Part shown: in pieces, positions 46,956 through 56,502 of the stretch | Layout of the letters: each line of letters starts with the position of its first letter | How positions within the stretch are numbered: position 1 is the first letter of the stretch | From: an uncultured delta proteobacterium | GTDB taxonomy: Bacteria; Myxococcota; UBA727; VGSZ01 | DNA length: 64,000 nt | Direction of reading: 5' to 3' | Assembly: GCA_963775425.1 (NCBI GenBank) | Contig: CAVZJB010000002.1 | Coordinates: forward strand, 64,001-128,000 | Program-made: the position numbers and the translations under genes | Notes under the pieces: generated by a model | Seen by the model: only the letters and a program-made list of their open reading frames with translations | What the model was told of the DNA's origin: nothing | Databases searched by the model: none

Positions 46956-48839
46956 GTGCCGCGCCCCTGCGTCTTCGTCGTCCTCGCCGTGCTCCTCAGC
47001 GGTTGCGCGCTGCACGAGAGCGGCGATCAGTGCGACGACGACCAGGACAACGACCTCGACGGCGCCGTCGACTGCGCCGACTCCGACTGCCTGCTCGCGC
47101 CCGCGTGCTCGCCGTGCGGTGACGGCGTCCTTGACGACGCCGAGGCGTGCGATGACGGCAACCGCAAGGACGGCGACGGCTGCTCCTCCACCTGCGTCCT
47201 CGAGAAGTGCGGCAACGGCGTCGTCGATCCCGGCGAGCAGTGCGACGACGGCAACCTCATCGCCGGCGACGGCTGCGACTTCCGCTGCACCGTCTCCTTC
47301 TGCGGCAACGGGCGCTTCGATCCCGGTGAGCAGTGCGACGACGGAAACGCCGTGTCCGGCGACGGCTGCTCCTCCCGCTGCCTGATCGAGTCGGCCGTGC
47401 CCGCGGGCTGCGGCAACGGCGTCTTCGATCCCGGCGAGGGCTGCGACGACGGCAACACCCGCGACGACGACGGCTGCTCGCACCTGTGCCAGGTCGAATT
47501 CTGCGGCGACGGCATCGTGCAAGCCGGCCGCGGCGAGGAGTGCGACGGCGTCGCCGGCACGCCCCCGGGCGAGCTGTGCAGCGTCAATTGCATCATCCAG
47601 CACTGCGGCAACGGCGTGGTGGAGCCGGAATTCGGCGAGAGCTGCGACGACGGCAACCAGGTCTTCGGCGACGGCTGCAGCCAGTGCCACGTCGACCGCT
47701 GCGGCGACACGCTCCCCGGCCCAGGCGAGCAGTGTGACGACGGAAACCTCGTGAGCGGCGACGGCTGCTCGTCCACGTGCCGCACCGAATTCTGCGGCGA
47801 CGGCGTCCGCGAGGCGCAGCTCGGCGAGATGTGCGACGACGGCGGCGCGGACTGCGTCTCCTGCACGCCGCTGCGCGTCTGCGCGGGCCCGCTGTGCTTC
47901 GCGGTGGATCGGGTGGAGCCGAGCGTTCAGCCGACGTCGGCGGCGGCCACGCGCCCGCCGGGTGGTGCCCCGGTGCTGTTCCTCGGCGCCGGCACGAACG
48001 CGCCGCTGTTCCGCTACGACCTGGTCGACGGCGCGCTCTCGAACGGCACCTTCGGCAACAGCTTCGTCACGGCGATGCGTGGCGTGGACCTCGACGGCGA
48101 GCTCGCCGTCGTCGCCGGCAGCAACGACGGCGGCGCGGGGATCCTCGGCGCGGCCGGGAGCCTCGCGCAGCGCATGTTCCTGACGGCCCGCGTGGTCGAC
48201 GTCGCCGCGGGCGCGATCGGCGGCGACCCCGGGACGGACCTCGCCGCGGTCTCCCAAAGCGCGCTCCTCGGCGTCTTCCTCGACGGCGTCACGCTCCTGA
48301 GCGTGTCGCTCGACGCGGTGGCCACGCGGGTGGTCGCGGCGCCGCTCGAAGACGGCGCCGGCGTGGTGGTCGCGAGCGGCTCGCACCTGCGCGGCTTCGT
48401 CGTCGCCGGCGGCGCCCTCGTCCCCGCCGGCGACGCTGCGCTCGGCGCGCAGGTCCTCGACCTCGCCGTGGTCGACGTCGACGGCGACGGCGCCGACGAC
48501 CTCGTGGCCCTCACCATCGCCCCCGATCAGCTCCTGGCGCTGAAGCTCGACGGCGCCGGCCTCCCGGCAGACGCGGTGCTCCTCGACGACGCCGCGGGCG
48601 CGGACTTCGTCACCACGGGCGACGTCGACGGCGACGGCGCCGCCGACCTCGTCACGAGCCACCGGGACACGATCGTGCTCCGGTTGGCGAAGGACGGCTT
48701 CGCGCTCTCGCCGCCGCTGCCGGCGCCGCTGGGCGCCACGCGCGTCGACGCCCGCGACATCGACGGCGACGGCGACGTCGACCTGTTCGTGGGTGGCGGC
48801 TTGTCCCGACCCGACGCGGTGTTGTTCTCGCGCGAGTGA
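46956..48839 (+). CDS. DUF4215 Cys-rich repeat lipoprotein with C-terminal FG-GAP/VCBS repeats
   Basis: Lipobox LSGC; about 8 CG(N/D)G..CDDGN..DGCS repeats; DVDGDGADDL, GDVDGDGAADL, DIDGDGDVDL. Confidence 0.88.
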   Translation: MPRPCVFVVLAVLLSGCALHESGDQCDDDQDNDLDGAVDCADSDCLLAPACSPCGDGVLDDAEACDDGNRKDGDGCSSTCVLEKCGNGVVDPGEQCDDGNLIAGDGCDFRCTVSFCGNGRFDPGEQCDDGNAVSGDGCSSRCLIESAVPAGCGNGVFDPGEGCDDGNTRDDDGCSHLCQVEFCGDGIVQAGRGEECDGVAGTPPGELCSVNCIIQHCGNGVVEPEFGESCDDGNQVFGDGCSQCHVDRCGDTLPGPGEQCDDGNLVSGDGCSSTCRTEFCGDGVREAQLGEMCDDGGADCVSCTPLRVCAGPLCFAVDRVEPSVQPTSAAATRPPGGAPVLFLGAGTNAPLFRYDLVDGALSNGTFGNSFVTAMRGVDLDGELAVVAGSNDGGAGILGAAGSLAQRMFLTARVVDVAAGAIGGDPGTDLAAVSQSALLGVFLDGVTLLSVSLDAVATRVVAAPLEDGAGVVVASGSHLRGFVVAGGALVPAGDAALGAQVLDLAVVDVDGDGADDLVALTIAPDQLLALKLDGAGLPADAVLLDDAAGADFVTTGDVDGDGAADLVTSHRDTIVLRLAKDGFALSPPLPAPLGATRVDARDIDGDGDVDLFVGGGLSRPDAVLFSRE

Positions 48840-48960
48840 TCCGCCGCTCGCCCGGTGCTGCGCCGGTGAAGCATCACGTGCGATCTCGACCCCGCACCCT
48901 TCGCGGGCGCTCCGGCGGCTGCGCGCGGCGCGCGCGGCATGCGGACGCGGTCGCAGCGGG

Positions 48961-48976
48961 TGGCACGGATCCCGCT
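48961..48976 (+). promoter_or_regulatory. Probable sigma-54 promoter
   Basis: TGGCACGGATCCCGCT (GG-N10-GC), about 33 bp before ATG 49009 with RBS GGAGAG. Confidence 0.55.
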
Positions 48977-49008
48977 TTGGGGTCGCTCACCTTCTGGAGA
49001 GCAAACAC

Positions 49009-50157
49009 ATGAAAGCAGACGTCCTCCTCCGTGCCCTTCCCCTCTGTTGTCTCTTCCTCGGCGCCGCCGATCAACGCGACTGCACCATCCACATCGTCAC
49101 CGACAACGGCGAGGGCGAGGGCGAGGGCGACGAAGGCGAAGGCGAAGGCGACCCCGGCGAGGGCGAGGGCGAAGGCGAAGGCGAGACCTGCCAGACCGAC
49201 GCCGACTGCGGCGACAACCAGTTCTGCGCCCTCGAGACCAACTGCCCGCCCTGCACCAACGGCGATCCCGCCTGCGAGGCCCCGTGCACCGTCGACGGCC
49301 GCTGCGTCGACATCACGCCCGACCCGTGCTCGAACGTCGACTGCGGCCCCGGCTTCATCTGCGAGGACGAAAACGGCCAGGCGCAGTGCGTGCCCGTCAA
49401 CACCGGCGACTGCCGCACCGACTCCGACTGCGGCCCGAACGCCTTCTGCGACTTCTCCCAGTGCGGCGCGGCCGGCGGCGGCACCGACGGCTCCGGCGGC
49501 TCCAACGATCCCACCGATCCGAACGGCGGCGGCGCCCAGCCCGCGCCTCCCCCGTGCGACACCGGGACGTGCGTCGAGCTCCCGCCGCCCCCGTCGTGCC
49601 TCGACGTCGACTGCGGCCCCGGCTTCCACTGTGTCGAGGCGGACTTCGGCGCCCAGTGCGTCCCGGACGGCGACGGCTGCACCACCGACGACGACTGCGG
49701 CCCCGGCAGCCACTGCGAGACCTTCTGCGGCGCGGACCCGAATTGCCCGAACTGCGACGTCTGCGTCCTCGAGGGCCAGTGCGTGCAGGACGCCTGCCCC
49801 GAGCTGTGCGGCCCCGGCGGTGAGTGCGTCGTGAACCCCGACGGCAGCTTCGGCTGCGTGCCCGTGACGCCCCCGAACTGCACCTCGGACGCCGACTGCA
49901 ACGGCGGCACCTGCAACGCCAACGAGGTCTGCCTGCCGGACCCGAGCTGCGCGCCCGACGCCAACGGCATCGTCGCCTGCACGGACATCTGCTGGGGCTT
50001 CTGCCAGGACCCGCCGCCCCCGCCGCCGTGCCAGGCGGACAGCGACTGCCGCGACGGCGAGATCTGCGAGCTCACGACGAGCTGCCCGCCCTGCGCCAAC
50101 GGCGACCCCGCCTGCGACGCCCCCTGCCTCGTCCAGGGCCAGTGCGTCGCCCGCTGA
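49009..50157 (+). CDS. Secreted Cys-rich repeat protein with (GE)n linker
   Basis: Hydrophobic leader, GEGEGEG tract, C..D.DCGP..C repeats; N- and C-terminal CPPC.NGDPAC.APC.V.G.CV duplication. Confidence 0.82.
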   Translation: MKADVLLRALPLCCLFLGAADQRDCTIHIVTDNGEGEGEGDEGEGEGDPGEGEGEGEGETCQTDADCGDNQFCALETNCPPCTNGDPACEAPCTVDGRCVDITPDPCSNVDCGPGFICEDENGQAQCVPVNTGDCRTDSDCGPNAFCDFSQCGAAGGGTDGSGGSNDPTDPNGGGAQPAPPPCDTGTCVELPPPPSCLDVDCGPGFHCVEADFGAQCVPDGDGCTTDDDCGPGSHCETFCGADPNCPNCDVCVLEGQCVQDACPELCGPGGECVVNPDGSFGCVPVTPPNCTSDADCNGGTCNANEVCLPDPSCAPDANGIVACTDICWGFCQDPPPPPPCQADSDCRDGEICELTTSCPPCANGDPACDAPCLVQGQCVAR

Positions 50158-50439
50158 CCCGCGGCGCTCGTCCATGACCCGACCCGGCGCGGCCCCCTCC
50201 CCGAGGGGGCCGCGCTCTTTTCTGCGACCGGCCGCTCCCTCCCGCCGGTCGCAATTCGAGCGATCGTGCGGTGGCGGGAGGAACGCCGGGCGGAGGGCTT
50301 TTCCGCGGGGGCGGGCGCGGATCCGATCGGCGAAGTTTGTTTTTGATCACGCCGGCTTGACGCAACAGATCTCGACCGAGTGCGATACGGTGGGTGGATG
50401 TAGCATCCGACGTTTGCCCGATGTATGAGGTCGCCTACC

Positions 50440-52569
50440 ATGTTGCGCCGATCGCTTCCCCTCGCCCTCCTCGCTTCCATCGTCCTCGCTGCCGGCTGCG
50501 ACGGCTGCCAGGAGCCGCTCACCGAGGTCCCGGGCTCGGAGCTGCCCGTCGGCGACCAGCACCAGGGGCGCGTGCTGACGTACGTCGGTGAAGAGCCGCT
50601 CACGCTGTTCCACGGGGACAACACCACCCTCCGCTTCACCCGCAAGAACGCCGACGGCACGCCGGTGAAGAACGATGACATCACCATCGAGGTGCACGGC
50701 AGCGCGGTCAGCGTCCCCGGCGACACCTTCGTCACCGACAGCGGCGGCGGCGTCGACGTGCCGGCCGCGGCGGGGCAGGTGGACGGGCAGGCCACCGTCG
50801 TCGCGCGCGCCACCGACCTCGACGGCAGCATCGACGAGGCCGTCGTCCACATCAACGTCGTGCCGAACCCCGCGGCCACCCTCGTCGTCACCGTGGACAG
50901 CGACACGCGCATCCTCGTCGAAAACGCCGCGGCGCGCGTCATCGTCGGCGCCCAGCCGCCGTCGTGCGCCGACCTCCTCGCGGGCGCGCCCGAGCCGTCG
51001 CCGCAGGTGACGTCCACGTTCACGTACTTCCCGTCCACGCAGTCCTTCGCCGACATGCCCACGGGCGCCAGGGCCGTCGTCGTCGTCGACGGCCTCAACG
51101 CCGCCGGCGCCGTCATCGCGCGCGGCTGCGGCGAGACCGACGCGCTCCCCGGCGGCGGCGAGGCCGACGTCAACATCCTCCTCAGCCAGGGCAACACCAC
51201 GCTCGCCGGCGACTACGACGTGCTGATGCACATGGCCCTCGGCGACGCGCTCCCGCACCCCTACGACGACGACATCGAATTCGTCACCGCGCTCCTCGCG
51301 GACCCCGGCGGCTTCGCGCTCTACATGGCGCTGCGCGAGATCGATCGGCAGACGGGCTTCACCACCTTCGTCACGCACAACGGCGTCGAGGCCACCTACC
51401 GGCAGGTGGAGCAGGCCACGCTCATCGACCCGAGCAGCTACCCCACGTGGTCGTTCGCGCGTGAGCAGCTCGACCAGCTCCTCGTCAACACGCTGGGGCA
51501 GACCTACGTCGACGTCACCAACGTCGGCGCCGGCATCCGCGACGTCGTCACCGACTTCGAGGTCGGCGCCCGCTTCGGCGTCACCGACAACGACGACGGC
51601 ACGCTCGGCGTCAACGAGCAGTGGAAGGACATCGTCCTGTACTGGCCGCTCCCGTGCGCCGCCGGCGACCTCGCCTGCGCCCGCCGCCCGCTCACGCTCG
51701 ACGACCTCAACCTCGCGCCGGTGACCACGTCGTACGGCGCCGGCTACGACTACGCGCCCGACGCCGACGTCGCCGAGCGCTACGCGGTGACCACGGATCC
51801 GCACGGGCTCAACGTGCGCTACGGCGCGCTCCTCGTGGCCATCCTCGAGCAGGTGGTGTTCCCGAGCCTCCCCGGCGGCAGCCCCGGCGACAACTTCGGC
51901 GACTTCCTCGACAACCTCGTCGGCTGCAGCAACATCGCCGCCTCGCTCACCAGCGACCCGACGGCGTCGCAGTTCATCTCGGGCGTGTGCAGCACCGCCA
52001 TGCAGGTGGCGGGCACCGAGATCGAGACGCGCCTCGAGGACCTCCAGCTCGACGCGTCCGATCCCTCGGTGCAGGGCCTGCAGTCGAGCGGCACCTTCGC
52101 GCTGCTCGACAAGGACCAGGACCTCACCACCGAGCTCGTCGCCGACTACGACTACCAGGTCGGCTGGTTCGACCCGAACAACCCGGGGACCTTCGACGAC
52201 ATCTCGACGCCCATCACCGGCGACGGCGTCCGCGTGCGTCCCGCCTGCGACAACGACGGCGACTGCGTCGACGGCCTCGTGTGCACCCCGCGCCCGAGCT
52301 ACCTGAAGATCGCCCACGCCGACCTCGGCTGCAGCGCGGCCAAGGGCGTCGTCCCCGGCGGCCAGGCGTGCTCGGGCGACGCCGAGTGCGCCACCGGCCT
52401 GTGCGCCCCCGTCGGCGCCGGCGGCGCGCTGCAGTGCTACGCCGCGTGCAACGCCATGGCCGACTGCAGCGTCGGCGACATCTGCAGCGACACCGGCGCC
52501 GTCATGGACTTCGACCACGTGCTCAACGGCCTCGGCGACGTCCCCGTGCAGGGCTGCGCCGCTCCGTAG
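50440..52569 (+). CDS. Large acidic lipoprotein with Ig-like N-terminus and Cys-rich C-terminus
   Basis: Lipobox LAAGC; beta-rich N-terminus; C-terminal C..D.DC..GL.C motifs. Confidence 0.8.
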   Translation: MLRRSLPLALLASIVLAAGCDGCQEPLTEVPGSELPVGDQHQGRVLTYVGEEPLTLFHGDNTTLRFTRKNADGTPVKNDDITIEVHGSAVSVPGDTFVTDSGGGVDVPAAAGQVDGQATVVARATDLDGSIDEAVVHINVVPNPAATLVVTVDSDTRILVENAAARVIVGAQPPSCADLLAGAPEPSPQVTSTFTYFPSTQSFADMPTGARAVVVVDGLNAAGAVIARGCGETDALPGGGEADVNILLSQGNTTLAGDYDVLMHMALGDALPHPYDDDIEFVTALLADPGGFALYMALREIDRQTGFTTFVTHNGVEATYRQVEQATLIDPSSYPTWSFAREQLDQLLVNTLGQTYVDVTNVGAGIRDVVTDFEVGARFGVTDNDDGTLGVNEQWKDIVLYWPLPCAAGDLACARRPLTLDDLNLAPVTTSYGAGYDYAPDADVAERYAVTTDPHGLNVRYGALLVAILEQVVFPSLPGGSPGDNFGDFLDNLVGCSNIAASLTSDPTASQFISGVCSTAMQVAGTEIETRLEDLQLDASDPSVQGLQSSGTFALLDKDQDLTTELVADYDYQVGWFDPNNPGTFDDISTPITGDGVRVRPACDNDGDCVDGLVCTPRPSYLKIAHADLGCSAAKGVVPGGQACSGDAECATGLCAPVGAGGALQCYAACNAMADCSVGDICSDTGAVMDFDHVLNGLGDVPVQGCAAP

Positions 52570-52575
52570 CCGCCC

Positions 52576-52760
52576 GTGGGGCGCCCCTTGTCGGGCGCGT
52601 CGGAGCGCGCCGGCAACGTCCAGGCTCAGCACGTGGGGCGCCCCCTTGTCGGGCGCGTCGGAGCGCGGGGACGGGCGTCACGGGGTCGTCGGTGCCGACG
52701 TCGCGAATGGCGCGGGCCGGATCTGTCCGACGCGGGGGACGAGCCCCCGCCCTACGGGTC
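52576..52760. repeat. Cluster of three REP-like elements (two direct, one inverted; family B)
   Basis: GTGGGGCGCCCC(C)TTGTCGGGCGCGTCGGAGCGCG at 52576-52609 and 52633-52667; GTAGGGCGGGGGCTCGTCCCCCGCGTCGGA on the minus strand within 52714-52760. Confidence 0.8.
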
Positions 52761-53084
52761 GTCGACGGTGTCGTTGGCCGCCAGTCGATAGAGCGTGAAG
52801 CCGCCGACGGCCGCGCCGGCGATTGCGCCGAGGGGCACGGCGAACGTGCCGATTTGCAGGCCGGCCATCGGGCCGTTGAGGTCGTCGGTGCACACGACGC
52901 CGGCCCGGCGGCACGGTGAATTCGCGCCGACAATCGCCGCGCCGATGAACGCGACGGCGACGCCGGCGGCCGCCCCGCCGACCCCGCCCAGCACGACGCC
53001 AGCGACCGCGGCGGCGGCGGGCGGCGGCTTGCTGTCGTCGACGGAGACCGGGCCCGCGGCGAGGGCAAGGGCGAAAAGCAGCAT
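52752..53084 (-). CDS. Small hypothetical membrane protein (Gly/Ala-rich TM hairpin)
   Basis: MLLFALALAAGP leader, two glycine-zipper-like TMs, TACGCT-N6-ATG upstream. Confidence 0.6.
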   Translation of the reverse strand: MLLFALALAAGPVSVDDSKPPPAAAAVAGVVLGGVGGAAAGVAVAFIGAAIVGANSPCRRAGVVCTDDLNGPMAGLQIGTFAVPLGAIAGAAVGGFTLYRLAANDTVDDP

Positions 53085-53168
53085 TGCTCGAGCGTAGCGC
53101 GCGGACTCCGCGCGGTCATCGCCGGCGCCGCTGCCATCATCGACGACGGGGGCGCGCCCCCGACGAGG

Positions 53169-54008
53169 TCAGCGGGCGACGGCGGGCAGCGGCGACGGCC
53201 GGGGGGCCTTGGGCGCGGCGAGCGTCCGGGTGCGCTCGCGGAGGGCGTCGAGCAGGGCCCTCTCGTGGACCGTCAGCGCCCGCTTCGGCGACGACACCAA
53301 CGCAGCGCCGGCGTCTCCGGGGACGTCGACGGCGACGGGGCCGCCCACGAACAGCGACTCGCGCGTGTCCGCCGACGGCGCGTTGTCCGTCACGAGCAGC
53401 GCGGCCCAGCCGACGGCGCCCTCGGCGAGGTCGGCCGTGAAGCGCTCCCACGTGCGGCCGTCGATCACCGTGCGCGACGACTCGTCCGCCGCCAGCGGCA
53501 CGGTCTGCTCGCCGCCCTCCACGAAGAGGCCGGCGAATTCGGCGTCGGCGTGGTCGAAGTTGCCGTCCTCGCCGGCGCGGCCGAGCCAGACCTCGACGTG
53601 CAGCGGCTTGGTCGAGCTCTTGAGCTGCCCGATCACCGTCGCGCCCTGCGGGTTGCCCGACTTGGACATCAGCAAGAACGGCGTCTGCGTCGGGCTCGGC
53701 GCGACGACGCGCTCGATGTCGCCGTAGCTGCGGAAGTCGTTGGAGAAGCCGTACCAGCCGGTGCCCGTGAAGGTGACGAGCGGATCCTGGAAACGGTTGT
53801 CGACGGGCATGGTCCCGAAGAGCTTCTTGTGCTGCAGCGCGCGCACGTGCGGCGGCGGCGGCGGCGTCACCGTGGCGTCGTCGTTTCGCGCCACGAGGGG
53901 GTCGCGGCCCTGACAGCCGGTGACGACCGTGGCGCCGAGGAGCGCGCAGGCGAGAGCGGCGCACAGCGAGGGCGCGACGGACGGCGAGGGCGGCTTTACG
54001 TTCAGCAT
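53169..54008 (-). CDS. Hypothetical lipoprotein, co-transcribed with the upstream S41-like gene
   Basis: Lipobox VTGC; 5-bp gap after the upstream stop; coding-like codon usage. Confidence 0.72.
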   Translation of the reverse strand: MLNVKPPSPSVAPSLCAALACALLGATVVTGCQGRDPLVARNDDATVTPPPPPHVRALQHKKLFGTMPVDNRFQDPLVTFTGTGWYGFSNDFRSYGDIERVVAPSPTQTPFLLMSKSGNPQGATVIGQLKSSTKPLHVEVWLGRAGEDGNFDHADAEFAGLFVEGGEQTVPLAADESSRTVIDGRTWERFTADLAEGAVGWAALLVTDNAPSADTRESLFVGGPVAVDVPGDAGAALVSSPKRALTVHERALLDALRERTRTLAAPKAPRPSPLPAVAR

Positions 54009-54013
54009 CGTTT

Positions 54014-56206
54014 TCACTCCGCGAGCCAGGCCTTGGCGGCCTCGATGACGGTGTCCTTGCCCTGCACGGCGTCGCTCTGCCGCTGCAGGACGTTCGTGTC
54101 GGGGCGCTCGCCCGTCGACGTGGGGAAGTCGGTGTTGGCGTCGTCCTGGCTCGTCAGGAACAGCGTGTCCTGCACCTGCAGGCTGCCGCCGGCGAGCTCG
54201 CCGATGTGCGCCGGCAAGGACCAGATGACGCCGAACGCGCCCCACGTCGAGCCCGCGCCGAACACGCGGGTCTGGCCCGTGCGGCCGCGCAGGATCTTCG
54301 TGAGGTAGTCGTTGCCCGACACGTCGAGGCCGATGAGCACGGCGAGCTTGGAGTCCCCGGCGACGCCGAGGTGGTTGGTGGCGACGGAGCCGAACAGCCA
54401 GCGGAAGCCGTTGCCGCAGCCGAAGTAGTCCTGGCTGTTCGCCGAGCAGTCGACCACCGCCTGGCGCGCGGCGGCGAGGTCGTCGCCCTCGAGCCCGGGC
54501 AGGAAGTCCATGGCGTAGAGGTCGCCGGGGCTCGACAGCTCTCCACCAATCCAGTCGACGGCGTCGATGCCGCCGCCGTCGCCGGTGCGCTCGTCGAGCA
54601 CGAGCTCGTTCGGGTCGTCGCCGAGGGCGCTGTCGACCTGATCGAACCACGCCTGGCCGCCCTGGCCGTACTGTTGGGGCACCCCGTTGATCACGAGGAA
54701 GCGCACGCCGTCGACGTCCTTGTGGCCGGCGAAGGCGTAGTCGGTGCTGGCGCCGGTGCTGTTGTCGGGCACCGGGCGCACGAAGCGGTAGTCGCAGGCG
54801 GCGACGTCCTCGTACTGCACGGGCGACTCGCCGTTGAGGACGGCGTCGCCGACGAGCGCGCCGAGGTCGAGGTCGATCTGCTGCACGTCGCCGGCGGCGC
54901 AGGGCGTGCCGTCGGTGTGGTCGCAGCGGGCGAAGGTGGCGACGGCGCCGGTGTCGAGCGCGGCGACGAAGATCTGCGGCGCCGTGACCACCGCGCGGCC
55001 CTCGGGGTCGCCGGGGTGCGTGACGAGCCGGCCGGCCTGCGCCGCCCAATCGGCGGTGGGGATGCCGTCGATGGCGACGAGGGCGTCGCCGGGCTCGAGC
55101 CCCGCGGCGAGCGCGTTGGCGCCGGTCTGGAACACGAGCGGCACCTCTTGCGCCGCGCCGTCCACGGGCGGCAGCAGATCGGCGACGCCCTGGTGCACGC
55201 ACACGCCCGCGTTCTGGAACGCTGGGTAGCCGACGGTGGGGGCGCTCGCGTGCCCGTCGACGAGCAGCGTGTACGCCTGGGTGAAGGTCGGCCAGAACGT
55301 CGACGCCTTGGGGTTGTCCTTCAGCGGCGTGAGCGCGTCGGCGACGAGCGACGCGCGGCTCTCGGGGGCGCGCCCGCCTTCGAACAGCGAGACCTCGAAG
55401 ATGCGGCGGTCGACGTAGTCGTTGCGCAGGTCATCGTCGATGAGCGGTTGGCCGACGTGGATGGCGGCGTCGACGCAGCGGCCGAGGTTGCACAGGCCGG
55501 CGTCGCCGCAGTCCTGGCTCTCGGTGGGGAGCGTGCAGGAGACGGCGGGGACGAGCGCGTCGCCGAGGTCGACCGCGTACAGCCCGTCGATGAGCGCGCG
55601 CGCGCCGCTGTTTTCGGCGAGGCCGCCGTAGGCGCCGTAGACGGCCTCGTCGATGAGGTCGAGGCTGGTGGCGGGGACGGACTCGGCCCACGCGAAGTCG
55701 ATGGGGCCCGAGGTCCACTCCTCCCAGCCGTCGTCGGTGACGTTGCCCGTCTGCTGGAAGGTGACGGCGCCGAGGTACATGGGCGCGGTGACGTCGCCGC
55801 CGTACCAGGTCATCGACGGGATCATGCGCGTGCCCTGCGGCTTCTCCCAGAGCGTGAGCTGCACCCGGTGCCCGATGAGGTCGGTGAGGCCGGAGACGGG
55901 GATGCTCAGGTAGTTGAGGTCGCCGCCGGCGGCGAGCGCGCCGTCGCCCTCGAGGGCCACGCCGTCGTCGCGGGTGATGCGGCCGGCGACGCCGGCCTCG
56001 TCGAACTGCTGGTTGGTGAAGGCGTCGTAGCCCTGGATGCCGAGGCCCTCAAGGGCGGCCGCGTCGTCGAAGGACAGCGAGAAGGCCGCGTCGTCGTTGA
56101 CGACCCTGCCGGTGGTCTCGTCGAAGCCCGCCGCGTGCGCGGGCGCCGCCAGGAGGGCGACGCCGGCCGCGACGAACGGGGGGAGCGAGAGAGCGAGGGC
56201 GCGCAT
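54014..56206 (-). CDS. Secreted PDZ-containing, S41 peptidase-like protein (degenerate motifs)
   Basis: Signal peptide AHA; GLEPGDALVAIDG (PDZ); LVLDERTGDGG, VLIGLDVSGND, VFG..TWGAFG and GERPD resemble S41 motifs. Confidence 0.6.
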   Translation of the reverse strand: MRALALSLPPFVAAGVALLAAPAHAAGFDETTGRVVNDDAAFSLSFDDAAALEGLGIQGYDAFTNQQFDEAGVAGRITRDDGVALEGDGALAAGGDLNYLSIPVSGLTDLIGHRVQLTLWEKPQGTRMIPSMTWYGGDVTAPMYLGAVTFQQTGNVTDDGWEEWTSGPIDFAWAESVPATSLDLIDEAVYGAYGGLAENSGARALIDGLYAVDLGDALVPAVSCTLPTESQDCGDAGLCNLGRCVDAAIHVGQPLIDDDLRNDYVDRRIFEVSLFEGGRAPESRASLVADALTPLKDNPKASTFWPTFTQAYTLLVDGHASAPTVGYPAFQNAGVCVHQGVADLLPPVDGAAQEVPLVFQTGANALAAGLEPGDALVAIDGIPTADWAAQAGRLVTHPGDPEGRAVVTAPQIFVAALDTGAVATFARCDHTDGTPCAAGDVQQIDLDLGALVGDAVLNGESPVQYEDVAACDYRFVRPVPDNSTGASTDYAFAGHKDVDGVRFLVINGVPQQYGQGGQAWFDQVDSALGDDPNELVLDERTGDGGGIDAVDWIGGELSSPGDLYAMDFLPGLEGDDLAAARQAVVDCSANSQDYFGCGNGFRWLFGSVATNHLGVAGDSKLAVLIGLDVSGNDYLTKILRGRTGQTRVFGAGSTWGAFGVIWSLPAHIGELAGGSLQVQDTLFLTSQDDANTDFPTSTGERPDTNVLQRQSDAVQGKDTVIEAAKAWLAE

Positions 56207-56249
56207 GGCCGTGTGCCTCCGTGCGTGAAGCGATCAGACCGTGCACGTC

Positions 56250-56265
56250 TGCAACCTACATGCCG
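56250..56265 (-). promoter_or_regulatory. Sigma-54 (-24/-12) promoter
   Basis: Minus strand CGGCATGTAGGTTGCA (GG-N10-GC, TTGCA), about 44 bp upstream of ATG 56206 with RBS GGAGG. Confidence 0.72.
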
Positions 56266-56502
56266 CATCTGTGAAGGCGCCTGTCGGCGCCTCCACTTGC
56301 GCCTGGCGGCGCGGCGCCCTCCGGGCGCGGCGGCGTCGGCAGCGTCCGAAGTCGCGCGCGCCGCGCTCCGTGTTCGATCGGCTGCCAGGGCGACTTCGGA
56401 GGCTGCCTCCGCCGCGCTTCTTTTTGGGGCTTGTCGGTCACGACAACGTCCACCGCGCGCAGAGAGGTGCGGCGCGTTTACGTGGGCCGCATCGTCGCTG
56501 CC

